Shown piece after piece: positions 39,884 through 59,824 of a stretch of DNA of 64,000 bases (position 1 is its first letter; the number at the start of each line of letters is the position of its first letter). The position numbers and the translations under genes were made by a program. Under the pieces are notes generated by a model that saw only the letters and a list, made by a program, of their open reading frames with translations, did no database searches and was not told where the DNA came from. This DNA is from the human T2T-CHM13v2.0 reference genome, Homo sapiens: assembly GCF_009914755.1 (NCBI RefSeq), contig NC_060932.1; one strand, 5' to 3'.

Positions 39884-40040
39884 CTGATAAAATAGCAGCA
39901 GAAGATAAGGCTGAGCATGAAGACAAAGATGCCTGTGCCAAAGATGACCATATAGATGTTGAGCGGAAGGTCTTGGAAACTGATGGGTGGCATCGAGCAG
40001 GACTTGTTGGTGCTAACCAGTCCCAGGCCACAGAAACACC
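39884..40040 (-). CDS. RNF122: RNF122 coding exon 2 (157 nt, includes transmembrane helix)
   Basis: Acceptor ttttttttctctccctttgcAG and donor AG|GTGCGT. Encodes [52 protein letters not shown]. Phase is consistent with exons 1 and 3. Confidence 0.96.
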
Positions 40041-40999
40041 CTGCAAAGGGAGAGAAAAAAAAAATCATTAGGGTTGGAAATTTACTGCTGGGCTGATAGC
40101 ACTGTGTCAGCAGGATAGAAATAACTGGCAGGCTCTGGGCACCTAAGCCTCAGATTCAGTGGCTCCAGTTTTATATCCTAGTTCTAACATTTACTAGCTA
40201 TGTAATCTTGAGTAAATCTGATCTACAAAATTGAATACTATCCAAAATACTTAAAACAATATCCCCATCTAAGGGACAATAAATTCAGGCAAGCTGGGTG
40301 TGGTGGCTCATGCCTGTAATCCCAGTACTTTGGAGAGGCTGAGGCAGGTGATCTCGAGGCCAAGAGTTCAAGAACAGCCTGGCCAACATAAGACCCCATC
40401 TCTAAAAAAAAATAGAAAACTTAGCTAGGCATGGTAGCGCATGTACTACCATGTAGTCCCAGCTACTCAGGAAGCTGAGGTGGGAGGATCACTTGAGCCC
40501 AGGAGTACAAGGCTGCAATGAGCGGTGATTACACCACTGCACACCAGCCTGGGTGACAGCGTGAGACCCAATCTCTATTTTTAAAAATTAAAAAAAAAAA
40601 AAGAATTTAGGCAATGGGCAGAAACTGGAGAGCTTAATTCCATTAGGTAGGAGCCCATATTGCCTTAGCTGAGAAAATATTATTTGGGTTCCAACTCCCC
40701 CATCCCTAGCTAGCCATATGACCGTTAAGAAATTACCTCTAAGCTTCACTTTGTTATATGAAAACAAGCAAAATAGAGAGAGGAATGAAAATGAGCGCGT
40801 AAGAAAATATGCTTTGTAAATTGCAAAGGACAATTGCAAAGGTCATTTGTCATTATTAAGCCACCTGTTCCAGAAGACAAGCCATGCCAGGACTAGAATA
40901 GAAATTATTCACTCCAAGTCCTGGGCCAGCATTCCAGAAAGTGGCGATGGGGGTGGGGAGGAGGTTGCAACTTCCCTTACTGTGGTCACCTTCCCTCTT

Positions 41000-41475
<476 letters not shown>

Positions 41476-44032
41476 CCAGCCACTAGATGCATCCCTTCTC
41501 ACAGGACTCAGGGATAAATACTGACTGGCCTACTCATCATGATAGTCACCTCTCCCTTCCCCCCTTGCCAGTATTTGGTGTTCAGGTGGGTACGTAACCA
41601 GGTTCTGAGCAAAGAAACAAAGAGATCTGCTGGAAAAGGAACTTTGCTTGTTTGTTTTTGGAGACAAGGTCTCACTCTGTCCCTGCAGGCTGGAGTGCAG
41701 TGGTGTAAACATGCCTCACTGTATCCTCCAACTCCTGGCCTCAATGAGATCCTCCTGCCTCAGCCCCACAAAGGGCTGGGACTATAAGCATGAGCCACTG
41801 CACCCGGCAGGTTCTTTTTTTCCTTTTTTTTTTTGTGAGGGGGGTCATGTCTCTCAGAGACACCTAGAATTGTGATAGCCAAGCTGTAGCTGGAAAGAGC
41901 AGCTCAGTAGAAAGTCAAATGCTTGACCAGGCATGGTGTCTCACGCTTGTAATCCCAGTACTTTGGGAGCCCGAGACGGCTGGATGGCTTGAGGTCAGGA
42001 GTTTGAGATCAGCCTGGCCAACATGGTGAAACTCCATCTCTATTAAAAAATTAGCTGGGCATGGTTGCACACATCTGTAATCCCAGCTACTCGGGAGGTT
42101 GAGGTAGGAGAATCACTTGAACCTGGGAGGTGGAGGTTGCAAGTGAGCTGACATCGTGCCACTGTATTCCAGCCTTGGAGACAGAGCAAGACTCCATCTA
42201 AAAACAAAAACAAAAACAAAACAAAAAAAGTCAAATGGCTGAGGATGGCAGAAGGGAAAGGGAAAGAGGGGAGTCCTTGATGAAAGGGAGAGCTGGAATT
42301 TGCTGTTCACCTGCTGCATCCTAAGCACATTCTCATGCTATCAATTTAATCTTTGTACTGCCACAGTAAAGGTTACTTCCCCCGCCAATGGGAAAAAGAC
42401 TCAATCATTTAGTAACTCGCCCACAGTCAAACAGCTAGGAAAGCCCAGCTCCAAAGGGTTCTCTGTACCCAGGCCTTGGGTTCTAGGCACTTTCCTGACA
42501 TCTTGGTTAGGAGCCAGGATGCATTCACATGCCACAGAATTCTATACGCTAATAACCAGTGCTACTACAACTCAGCAGAAGGTGGCTTGAAAGACTGGAA
42601 GTCAACTTGGACATCAGTCCTCCTCATCCCTTACTGATGACTATATAACGAGCCTCCATTCAAACCTCTTTCAGGCTGTGCCCAATTCTACTGCCACAGC
42701 CCTATTGTAAACACTCATCACCTCCTACTGTTTCCTAGTTGATGTCATCCCTGTTTCTAGTTCCTTCTCTCATTTACCCCACACGCCTGACACATCCTCC
42801 TAGTTGCCTTTTTTTTTTTAATTTTTTTTTAGACAGTCTTGCATTGTGTCACCCAGGCTAGAGTGCAGTGGCACTATCTTGGCTCACTGCAACCTCTGCC
42901 TCCTGGGTTCAAGTGATCCTTCTACCTCAGCTTCCTGAGTAGCTAGGACTATAGGTGTACACCACCACGCCCAGCTAGTTTTTGTATTTCTAGTACAGAC
43001 TGGGTTTCACCATGTTGGACAGTCTGGTCTTGAACACCTGACCTCAAGTGATCCACCCGTCTTGGCCTCCCAAGAAAGTGCTGGGATTACAGCGCATAAG
43101 CCACTGTGCCCCGCCCTCTCCTTGTCGTTTTGATCTTGTATTTTACAAACTCATGACTGGCTTCAAGTCCTCCTAAAACATTCACCCTGTCCCTTCACAA
43201 CTTCCTACTTAAAAGTTCTCCAATACTACTCCATGTGGGCCAGTCTTTTTCACTATTTCTTGTACAATCTTGTCCTTGCCTGCTTCCCTGTCTTTGTTTA
43301 CACAGCTTTCCCTGCCTGAAACGCTCTCTCTGAGGCCCATCAAGCCTGTGATAGTCCAATAACCTCTCTTCCTTCAATTCTACAGCACTCATGACCTCCA
43401 TCATTTGTTCGGCCCCTACTTACTCAGTTAACTGTCTTACATCGTTCCTAGCATTAAGTTACTTTAACTCAAATGTGCATTAAGCATTGATTATATGGTA
43501 AGTACTATTAAAAGAAAGCACAGGCCGGGTGTGGTGGCTCACACCTGTAACTCCAGCATTTTGGGAGGCTGAGGCAGGAGGACCGCTTGAGGCCAGAAGT
43601 TCAAGACTAACCTAGGCAACATAGTAAGACCCCCACCTCTACAAATAATAATAATGATAAATTAGCTGGGTGTGGTGGTAAGTGCCTATAATCCCAGCTA
43701 CTCAGGAGGCTGAGATGGGAGAATCACTTGAGTCTGAGAGGTCGAGGCTGCAGTGAGCCACAATTGCACCACTGCACTTAGCATGGGCCAGAGTAAGACC
43801 TTGTCTCAAAAAAAAAAAAAGAAAAAGAAAAAAAAAAGATTAGATGATCTGATGATCTTACCACATAGGAAAAAAAGACACAAAGATTTTCACCATAGAA
43901 AGTGAGGCTCAGGCCAGGTGCAGTGACTCACGTCTGTAATCCCAACACTTTGGGAGGCTGAGGTAGGCAGATCACCTGAGGTCGGGAGTTCAAGACCAAC
44001 CTGGCTAACATGGTGAAACACCATCTCTACTA

Positions 44033-44374
<342 letters not shown>

Positions 44375-45979
44375 TCAAGAAAAAAAGAAAAAAAAAAAAA
44401 AAGCCTGAACCCTCCTAGGTTTGCTGACTCCAACTTGGACTTTTGTATATTCTCCAGTGTCCGGCCTAGCCTAGAGTTTGGCTTGTTCTCAATAACTAGT
44501 TAACAGATAAATAATTCCCCATTTTCTTAAAATAACCTGGTCCCCTTGGCAAAACCTCCCACTTCAAAGCAGCAGGACTGATGTTTGGGAAAATTGCCCA
44601 GAAACTGCCCTCCGCTAATGGATCACCAGTCAACCAGCAAGTATTATTGAGGGCTTGCTTTATGCACTGACCTACACATTGTGGGAAAACAGAAAGTAGA
44701 AGTTCTTGTTGTGAAAGACTTTTTGATTAAGTTGAAATGAAAGAAATAATTAGCTACTAAACTTTGCTGTGCCCAACAGGAAGTTCCTTGTGTCTAGGCT
44801 CTAGTAGGGGTTAGAGAGAAAGTGCTTTTCACCACCAGTCCCCACCCAAATATTTACTTTCTGTGGGTCAAAGAAGAACAATTTTCCATGAGGACATCAT
44901 GGCAGACTGGCTAGAGTGACAAACTTCAGTCTATGCTGGAAAAGGGGCTCAGGACTTCCCTTCCAACAAGACCTGGTGCTCCCAGCTGTTTTCTCACCTC
45001 CTTCCTCAGCACTATTTGATGTTACAAGAGGGTCTAACCCCCCGTTTCCTTAGTTCTTCCAGGCACCTTTTATGAGCTGAAACCTCCTTTGGTTTCCAGT
45101 TCTGGGAACTTGCAGAACCTGGTCAGAGCTATTACAGAGGATATCTGTGTACTCCACAAGCACGATGGTCCCCGCAAGTCCTCTGATCAGTTTATCCCCA
45201 CCAACTTATCCTGCCTGATAAAGGCTTCCCCTTTATCTCCCACTGATTGAATCAGTGAGCTTGGTATTTCACGTGATAAAGAGGTCAGTGGGAAGAGCAT
45301 AGTCAAGAGGAGATGGTTCATTTGCTTGTGTTACTATTAAAGAAATGGCAAAATAGTCTACTGGTCAAAAGCTGACACTGTAGTAAGTTTTTCTTTAAAA
45401 CTGTATAAGGACAGAGAATACCAGCCCCAGGAAAGAGGGGCTCCAGGTAGTTTCTGAAGGGGTGAGGGAAGGGTTGCTTCTTCACAGGAGTCAAAGGACA
45501 GGATCTCTCAGTCACTTTTCTAAGAAGTGCAAAGAGGGCCAGACAAGGTGGCTCCTGCAGGTAATTCCAGCATTTTGAGAGTCCGTGGTGGGAGGACTGC
45601 TTGAGCCCAGGAGTTCAAGACCAGCATAGGCAATGTAGTGAAACCCTATCCCCAAAAAGTAGATTAATTAATTAATTAAAAATTAGCCAGTAGCCAGGTA
45701 TGGTTGCACACACCTGTGGTTCCAGCTATGCTGGGAGGCTGAGGCAGGAGGATCCCTTCAGCCTGGGAGTTGGAGGCCGCAGTGAGCCCTGATCGTGCCA
45801 CTGCACTCCAGCATGGTTGTCGGAGTGAGACCCTCTCTCAAAAAAAAAAATTAAAGTAGGCTGGGCGCAGTGGCTCACGCCTGTAATCCCAGCACTTTGG
45901 GAGGCTGAGGTGGGCAGATCACCTGAGGTCAAAAGTTCAAGACCAGTCTGAACAACATGGAGAAACCCCCTCTCTACTA

Positions 45980-46132
<153 letters not shown>

Positions 46133-47142
46133 TCAGTCTCAAAAAAATAAAAAATAAAAAATAAAAAAAATAAAGCAGCAAGTCTAAAATCTGATATGAA
46201 AGGGCGCTGCCCAGAAAGGGCAGTGTTACTGACAGCTGCCTCATTTCTCCCTAAGTCTCTGTTCCATTGTCTCGGCCAACCTATGAAAGCACTGACATCA
46301 GAATGTCTCATCTCATCTGGCAGGCTGGGAGCAGGAATGACGTCAGACAAGGGCTGGCCAAGAAAGACCAGGGGATCTGGGAACTGCTTCTCTTTCCCAG
46401 CCAACGGGAATCTTTCCCAGATGCTAGGGTGCAAGGGCCTTCCTCAACCCCCATCCTCTGCCCCCTCTCCCACAAAACCGCCTATCACACACGGCTTGGT
46501 TCATTTTCAGGAAATGAGATCCGACCAGCAAAAGGAGGAAGGCGGGGTGGGGGGATGTGGGGTATACATGCTACCCAAACCCTGCCTCAAAACAAAGCCT
46601 CTTGACATAATTAATCCAAGATCTGGCAGGAGTCTACTCTAAAGAATGATTTTTTTTCCCCCTGTAACTAGCTCGCTTGCCATACTGAGAGATAAGGCCA
46701 GCTGCTTCCCATCTCTCTCTCCCAGAAACTCTCCAAGCATCGGAACAACGCGGTCAAGACTAGGACCCCAGGAGGACTGGAGCGGGTGGGGTGGGGGGCG
46801 ATTAGTATCCAAGGTTTTGAAGTGTCCCGCTCAGAAACACCTACCTTTCAGGTAGCTCGCTGAGGAATCAGACTCCAGCCTAACCCAGTATCACCTGAAC
46901 CTCCAAAAAGCCTCAGGTGAAATGAACTAACTTAGAAGCATCACCCAGGCCTGGGGAGAAATGGGGCGAGGGGTTGTCGCGTCTGGAGGTGTGGCCTTCA
47001 CTTGGGCTCAGGAGCAGACACCCTAATCTGGCCTTGTGGCCAGAAACACGGCTCCCGCCAGGCCAGCCTCGCACCCCAGGGACAGCCGGGCGCGGAGCTC
47101 TCTGCGAGGGTTTATCAACTCAGGAAAACGGCTTTTTTTTAG

Positions 47143-47329
<187 letters not shown>

Positions 47330-47356
47330 TAGGCTGGTCTCGAACTCCCGACTTCA

Positions 47357-48859
<1,503 letters not shown>

Positions 48860-50716
48860 TAGCTGGGATTACAGGCGCTTACCACCATGCCCAGATAATT
48901 TTTGTATTTTTAATAGCGACGGGGTTTCGCCATGTTGGACAGGCTGTTCTCGAACTCCTGGCCTCAAGTGATCCTCCTGCTTCAGCCTTCCAAAGTGCTG
49001 GGATTATAGGCGTGAGCCACCGCTCCCGGCCCTCTTTTTCTTTTTTGAGTTAGAGTCTTGCTCTGTCACTCAGCTGGAGTGCAGCGGTGCAATAATAGCT
49101 TACTGCAGCCTCCAACTTCTGGGCCCAAGCAGTCCTGCCACCTTAGCCTCCCAAGAAACTGGGACCACAGGTGCCTGCCACCAAGCCCAGCTACTTTTTA
49201 ATTGTTTTGTATAGATGAGTGGCCTCACTATGTTGCTCAGGCTGGTCTCGAACTCCTGGACTCAAGTGATCCTCCCGCCTGAGCCTCCCAGATTGCTGGG
49301 ATTACAGGCATGAGCCATGGCACCCAGGACATTTCATTTCTTAATTGGATAATTGCAAAAGCTTCCTAACTGGCCATTCTGATTCTAGTCTATAGCTCAG
49401 ACTTCAGAGCCTACAAGAATCACTCCTATGTTTGAGATGTAACATGCAGATTCCCAGGCCTTGAACCCAGAGATTCTGATTCAATAAAGGGTGGACCCAG
49501 AAATTTTCATTTTAATGTGCCTTGTCTTCCCCACCCCTCAAATTCTCATGCGGCTATTGAAAGAAACAGTGCTCTGATTTCACTCTCAAGTCCATCCCTT
49601 CTGGTCACAATTATCTCTGTAAAATGTAAATCTGAACATTTCTTTGCTTGATAACGTTTGTTGGTCTCCAGTGTTTACTGAATAAAGTTCTGTAAACTAG
49701 AGTGTGGCATTCAAAATGTTTCAGTCTAGACTCACTCCTATAATCTCAAAACTTCGGGAGGCTGAGGCGGGCAGATTGCTTGAGCTCAAGAGTTTGAGAC
49801 CATCCTGGGCAACATGGTGAAGCCACCTGTAAAAAAAATACAAAAATTAGCTGGGCCTGGTGGTGCGCACCTGCGGTCCCAGCTACTCTGGTGGCTGAGG
49901 TGGGAGAATCACTGGAGTTCGAGAAGTCGAGGATGCAGCTGCAGTGAGCTGTGATTGTGCCACTGCACTCCAGCCTGGGCGACAGAATGAGACTACTCTG
50001 TTTCAAAAAGAAAAAAGAAAAAACTATTAAAATAAAGTGTTTCAGTCTAGCCTTATTTGTTTCAGTCTTCCTCATACTCAAATACTCCCCTTCACCACAC
50101 ACTATTCATCAGCCATGAAGCTTTTTGTTGTTACTCTTCCTTGAACATAGGCTGTGTATATTCTTTTTTGTTGTTGTTTTTATTTATTTAGAGACAAGGT
50201 CTGGTTCTGTTGCCCAGGTTTGAATGCAGTTGCATGATCTTGGCTCACTACAACCTCCACCTCCTGGGTTCAAGCCATCCTCCCACCTCAGCCTCCTGAG
50301 TAGCTGGCACTACAGGCACTCACCACTATGCCCGGCTAATTTTTTTTTTTTTTTTTTTTTTTTTGTAGAGACTGGGTTTAGCCACGTTGCCCAGGCTGGT
50401 CACAAACTCATGAGCTCAGGCTATCTGCCTGCTTCAGCCTCCCAAGTGCTAGGATTAATGGGGGAGGCTATACATGTGTGGGGCTGGGGGTGTATCAGAA
50501 CTCTGTACCTTCTTCTCAATTTTGCTGTGAACCTAAAACTACGCTGAAAAATAAAGTCTTTAAAAAAAAAGTGTGCATAATGGTAACTATTGTTCTTTCT
50601 ATTCATTGGCTCGGGGGAGAGATGTGATGGGTAATCCTAATTTTATTAAGGCTCTCCTGCTAACTGCCTCCAGCGCCAGACTGTGAAAGAAGGAGAGCCT
50701 TTGAAGGGAAAATTGA

Positions 50717-50926
<210 letters not shown>

Positions 50927-51737
50927 TGAGCAGCTAGGATTACAGGTGCAACAATTTATATTTTAAGCCTGATATTTTAAGCATTCAATAAGATCTCCAG
51001 AGGCACTTAAGGACTCCAATTTCGAAAAACTGCTGTATCCCTTCACACTCTCCTCCCTTCGTCCCTCCTGGCCAGTGTGGCCACAGGACCTCAACTGATG
51101 GCTGACATTGGGAGTTATATGTTGGTAGAAGGGCTTTGGTTCTGGGCATCTTTGAAATGATTGGTTCAGTCCCAGCATTTTCCTGGACTGAAGGGTTCTA
51201 TGAAAGATAAGCTGATTTCTCACACCATGTCAACCAAATTTAGATCTCTCACTCCTCCACCCTCACCACCAGGTGACTCAGCTCCACATGAGTCAGGAAG
51301 ACTAGTTTGGTTTATTGAGGAAGAAACTGAAACAGTAAAGAAGATGATGGGCCATATATTCAAAGCTACTTGATAAATATGAGGTAGAAATATGTTTCTA
51401 GGATGGGTGTGGTAGCTCACACCTCAGCACTTTGAGAGGTTGAGGTGAAGGAGCTTGAGCCAGGAGTTGGAGACCAGCCTGGACAACATAGCAAGACCCC
51501 ATCTCTACAAAAAATAAACATCAGCTGGGCATGGCGGCACATGCCTGTAGTCCCAGCTACTCCAGAGGCTGAGGTGTTCAAGGCTGCAGTGAGCTATGAT
51601 TGTGCCACTAGACACTAGCCTGAGCAACAGAGCAAGACAAAAGAAAAGAAAAGAAAGAAATATGTTTTAAAATCTTCCATGGAAAGGGAAAAAATAATAC
51701 TAAACTTCCGGAAAAACTTTTTTTTAAAATTAATTAA

Positions 51738-51932
<195 letters not shown>

Positions 51933-52364
51933 TGAACTCAGGCAATCCCTCAGCCTTGGCCTCCCAAAGTGCTGGGATTACAGGCAGGAGCCACCGTGCC
52001 TGGCCTAGGAAAGCTTCTGAGGAGTCAAGAGATTCTTTTTATTCCCACTGCCTGACTCCAGCTTCCTCTTAGACACTCCGTGAGCCCCCTCATTTTAAGG
52101 CCTTGTGAACATTAGAGAAACACTCTGGAGAGAAGCAGTCAATTCTGTGGAGGTGCATGGGGGAAAAGGCCTGAATCACCTCCTTTCATCTTTAGTAAGA
52201 CACCCTCTTTCATGGGCCTCCAAGTGTGACCCGATAATGTAGCAGAGAATGGTAACCATGGATGGTTGTAAAAAATGATAAATGGCTGGGGGCCATGGCT
52301 CATGCCTGTAATCCCAGCACTTTGGGAGGCCAAGGTAGGCAGATCACTTGAGCTCAGGAGTTCA

Positions 52365-53080
<716 letters not shown>

Positions 53081-54124
53081 TTATTTTTTTTTTGAGACAG
53101 GATCTTGCTCTGTCTCCCCGGCTGCAATTTTTATTCTTGGAAGATCTAGCCTTCTTCTGTCCAGATACCCTAGAAGTCTCAGTAACAGGAATTTTTTTTT
53201 TTTTTTTTTTTTTTGAGACAGAGTTTTGCTCTTGTTGCCCAGGGCTGGAGTGCAATGGCGCAATCTCGGCTCACCGCAACCTCCGCCTACCGGGTTCAAG
53301 TGATTCGCCTGCCTCAGCCTCCTGAGTAGCTGGGATTACAGGCATGCACCACCACGCCTGGCTAATTTTGTATTTTTCGTATGTTGGTTAGGCTGGTCTC
53401 GAACTCCCGACCTCAGGTGATCCGCCTGCCTCGGCCTCCCAAAATGCTGGGATTATAGGCATGAGCCACCGCGCCTGGCCAGTACCTAGGTTTTTTTAGG
53501 GGATCGATGCAACTCTTGGCCAAAGGTGTTCATAATCTACCCAGCAATGCCCCCAGGTCCTAGTCTGTGGTTCTCCAGGAAAGCAAAGCAGCAATTTCCC
53601 ACCCTTCCTGTCAGCTCGAAAACCACGTGGAAAGTGCAATCAGAGAAAAAGGCATTGGTGTGACTAAGGAGGAAAACACTTTGTCTCTCCAGAAGCTGGG
53701 GCAGTTCTGGGATGGTGCCAGGGGCTTTTATTAATTAAAGTATTTCTTTAGGGAATGCTCTGATGCTTTTCCTAAGTGTCAGCAGAGGCTGGGAGGAAAC
53801 AAAGGCTATGGAGTTCAGGCGTACCTGGTTTCCCAGGAATTCCGCATAGTCCTGCTACGTTTTGCTTTCTGGAACGAAGCCAACAGTCTGGCCACAGCTG
53901 AACCATCTCATGTATGAATGAGAGTGGAGATTTGAGAAAAAAGTGAAGGAGAGGAGAAGACCACCTTTTACTGACCACCCCTATCTGTGCCAAGCCCTGT
54001 GCTCAGGTCTTTGGATAGTTTTATTTATTCCTTATCATAACCATTAAGGGATTATCTTTTTTCTATTTTTCTATAAGGTAAAATCAAAGCCCAAGAAGAC
54101 TAGGTTTCACCAAAAATCACATAA

Positions 54125-54304
<180 letters not shown>

Positions 54305-54586
54305 TGAGACTACAGGTGCCCTCCACCACGCCCGGCTAATTTTTGTATTTTTAGTAGAGATGGGGTTTCACCCTGTTGGCCAGGCTGGTCTTGAACTCCT
54401 GACCTCAGGTGATCCACTCACCACGGCCTTCCAAAGTGCTGGGATCACAAGTGTGAGCCATGATGCCCTGCCGAAAATCAGACAATTCTTAAGTGTTGGT
54501 GCCAGAACTCCAACCAATCTCAGTCTCTCTCCATAAAGCACACATTTTCCCCAGCACTAGTTCAGTGATTAAGAGTAAGGCTTGGG

Positions 54587-54743
54587 GGAGGGATAGCACT
54601 AGGAGGAATACCTAATATAGGTGATGGGTTGATGGGTGTAGCAAACCACCATGGCACATGTATACCTGTGTAACAAACCTGCACATTCTACACATGTACC
54701 CCAGAACTTAAAGTATAATTTTTAAAAAAAAATCTAAAAAAAA
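54587..54743 (+). mobile_element. L1PA 3'-terminal fragment with TSD
   Basis: GGGATAGCA..AGGA..ATACCTAAT...GCAAACCACCATGGCACATGTATACCT..GTAACAAACCTGCAC..AGAACTTAAAGTATAAT plus A tail. 16-bp TSD AAGAGTAAGGCTTGGG at 54571 and 54744. Confidence 0.88.
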
Positions 54744-54994
54744 AAGAGTAAGGCTTGGGACCAGGCACAGTGGCTCATGCCTGTAATTCCAACACTTTGA
54801 GAGGCCGAGGTGGGTGGATCACCCACTGGGAGTTTGAGACCAGCCTGGCCAATGTGGTGAAAAAACCCTGTCTCTACTAAAAATAAAAAAATTAGCCAGG
54901 CATGGTGGAAGGTGCCTATAATCCCAGCTACTTGGGAGGCTGAGGCACAAGAATTGCTTGATCTTGGGAGGTGGAAGTTGTAGCTAGGTGAGAT

Positions 54995-56379
54995 TGAGAG
55001 GTGACAGCGTGCTGGCAGTCCTCAGAGCCCTCGCTTGCTCTCAGCACCTCCCCTGCCTGGGCTCCCACTTTGGTGGCATTTGAGGAGCCCTTCAGTACCC
55101 CACTGCACTGTGGGAGCCCCTTTCTGGGCTGGCCAAGGCCGGAGCCCACTCCCTCAGCCTGCAGGGAGGTGTGGAGGGAGAGACACGAGCGGGAACCGGG
55201 GCTGTGTGCGGCACTTGCGGGCCAGCTGGAGTTCTGGGTGGATGTGGGCTTGGTGGGCCCCGCACTCGGAGCCGCCAGCCAGCCCTGCTGGCCCCGGGCA
55301 ATGGGGAACTTAGCACCCGGGCCAGTGGCTGCGGAGGGTGTACCGAGTCCCCCAGCAGTGCTGTCCCACCGGCGCTGCGCTCGATTTCTCGCCGGGCCTT
55401 GGCTGCCTTCCCACAGGGCAGGGCTCGGGACCTGCAGCCCGCCATGCCTGAGCCTCCCACCCACTCCATGGGCTCCTGTGCGGCCCGAGCTTCCCCGACG
55501 AGCGCCACCCTCTGCTCCACGGCGCGCAGTCCCATCGACCACCCAAGGGCTGAGCAATGCGAGCGCACGGCGCAGGACTGGCAGGCAGCTCCACCTGCAG
55601 CCCCTGTGCGGGATCCATCAAGTGAAGCCAGCTGGGCTCCTGAGTCTGGTGGGGACGTGGAGAGTCTTTATATCTAGCTCAGGAATTGTAAATACACCAA
55701 TCAGCACCCTGTGTTTAGTTCAAGGTTTGTGAGTGCACCAATCGACACTCTGTATCTAGCTGCTCTAGGCCTTGGAGAACCTGTGTGTGGAAACTCTGTA
55801 TCTAACTAATCTGATGGGGACGTGGAGAACCTTTGTATCTAGCTCAGGGATTGTAAACGCACCAATCAGCGCCCTGAGAAAACAGGCCACTGGGCTCTAC
55901 CAATCAGCAGGATGTGGGTGGGGCCAGATAAGAGAATAAAAGCAGGCTGCCCGGGCCAACATTAGCAACGTGCTCGGGTCCCCTTCCACACTGTGGAAGC
56001 TTTGTTCTTTCGCTGTTTGCAATAAATCTTGCTACTGCTCACTCTTTGGGTCCATGCTGCATTTATGAGCTGTAACACTCACCGCGAAAATCTGCAGCTT
56101 CACTTCTGAGCCCAGTGAGACTACGAGCCCACCGGGAGGAAGGAACAACTCCAGATACGCTGCCTTAAGAGCTGTAACACTCACCGCGAAGATCTGCGGC
56201 TTTATTCCTGAGCCAGCGAGACCACGAACCCACGAGAAGGAAGAAACTCCGAACACATCTGAATATCAGAAGGGACAGGCTCCAGACACACCACCTTAAG
56301 AGCTGTAATGCACACCGCGAGGGTCCACGGCTTCATTCTTGAAGTCAGTGAGACCAAGAAGCCACCACTTCCGGACACA
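54995..56379 (+). mobile_element. Solo LTR12C (HERV9 LTR)
   Basis: Begins TGAGAGGTGACAGCGTGCTGGCAG and ends CCGGACACA, with a 4-bp TSD AGAT. CpG-rich U3. Repeated CCAAT (55697, 55738, 55862, 55900), GATA, AATAAAA at 55935, polyA signal at 56021, and U5 repeats (GCTGTAACACTCACCGCGAA). Confidence 0.93.
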
Positions 56380-56424
56380 AGATAATGCCACTGCACTCCA
56401 GTTTGGGCAACACAGTGAGACTCT

Positions 56425-56463
<39 letters not shown>

Positions 56464-56657
56464 TAAAGTGTAGGAGTGTGGACTGGTATGCACTCTGCTA
56501 AACCTGTTTCCTCACCTACAAAATTAAGGCATGTCGGCAGGGCGCGGTGGCTCACGCCTGTAAGCCCAGCACTTTGGGAAGTCGAGGCGGGTGGACCACC
56601 TGAGGTCAGGAGTTTGAGACCAGCCTGGTCAACATGGCGCAACCCCGTCTCTACCTA

Positions 56658-56801
<144 letters not shown>

Positions 56802-57536
56802 TCAGCCTGGGCTGAAACTGGAAAAAAATAAAAAATAAAAAAAATAAGGCTTGTCGTAGAATCTACCACAGAGGTTCTCATGAGGCACAAAATGTTTGAA
56901 AATGCTTGGCATGTGCCTGGCACATAAAAAGCCCCCAGTGATGTTATTATTGTCCTTGAACTACATCATGAAGCATTATGGCTCAGAATATGCACTGGGA
57001 TAGGAGTTGGTAGATTTAGCGTATTAATTAGGATGCAGAATAAAAAAAATTCTGTAAAAGTTATGGATTAGGCTGGGCACCATGGCTCATCCTTATAATC
57101 CCAGTGCTGTGGGAGGCCGAGGCAGGTGGATTGCTTGAGCTCAGGAGTGTGTGGTTTTTTTTTTTGTTTGTTTTCTTTTTTTGAGATGGAGTCTTGCTCT
57201 TGTTGTCTAGGCTGAAGTGCAGTGGCATGATCTCGGCTTACCGCAACCTCTGCCTCCCAGGTTCAAGCGATTCTCCTGCCTCAGCCTTCTGAGTAGCTGA
57301 GATTATAGGCACCCGCCATCATGCCCAGCTAATTTTTGTATTTTTTTTTTTTTTTAGTAGAGACAGGGTTTCACCATGTTGGCCAGGCTGGTCTTGAACT
57401 CCTGACCTCAGGTGATCCGCCCATCTTGGCCTTCCAAAGTGGTGAAATTACAGGTGTGAGCTACTGCACCCAGCTGAGCTCACGAGTTTGAGTCCAGACT
57501 GGACAACATAGCAAAACCCCATCTCTACAAAAGAAG

Positions 57537-57817
<281 letters not shown>

Positions 57818-57837
57818 TTAGGATACAGGCTGAGCCA

Positions 57838-59824
<1,987 letters not shown>

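Noticed and set aside
54928-55732. Overlapping ORFs of 158-243 aa
   Set aside because: GC-rich U3 region of LTR12C, with no gag, pol or env similarity.
55670-56330. Regularly spaced repeats resembling a CRISPR-like array
   Set aside because: These are the known LTR12 U3 enhancer and U5 tandem repeats in eukaryotic DNA.
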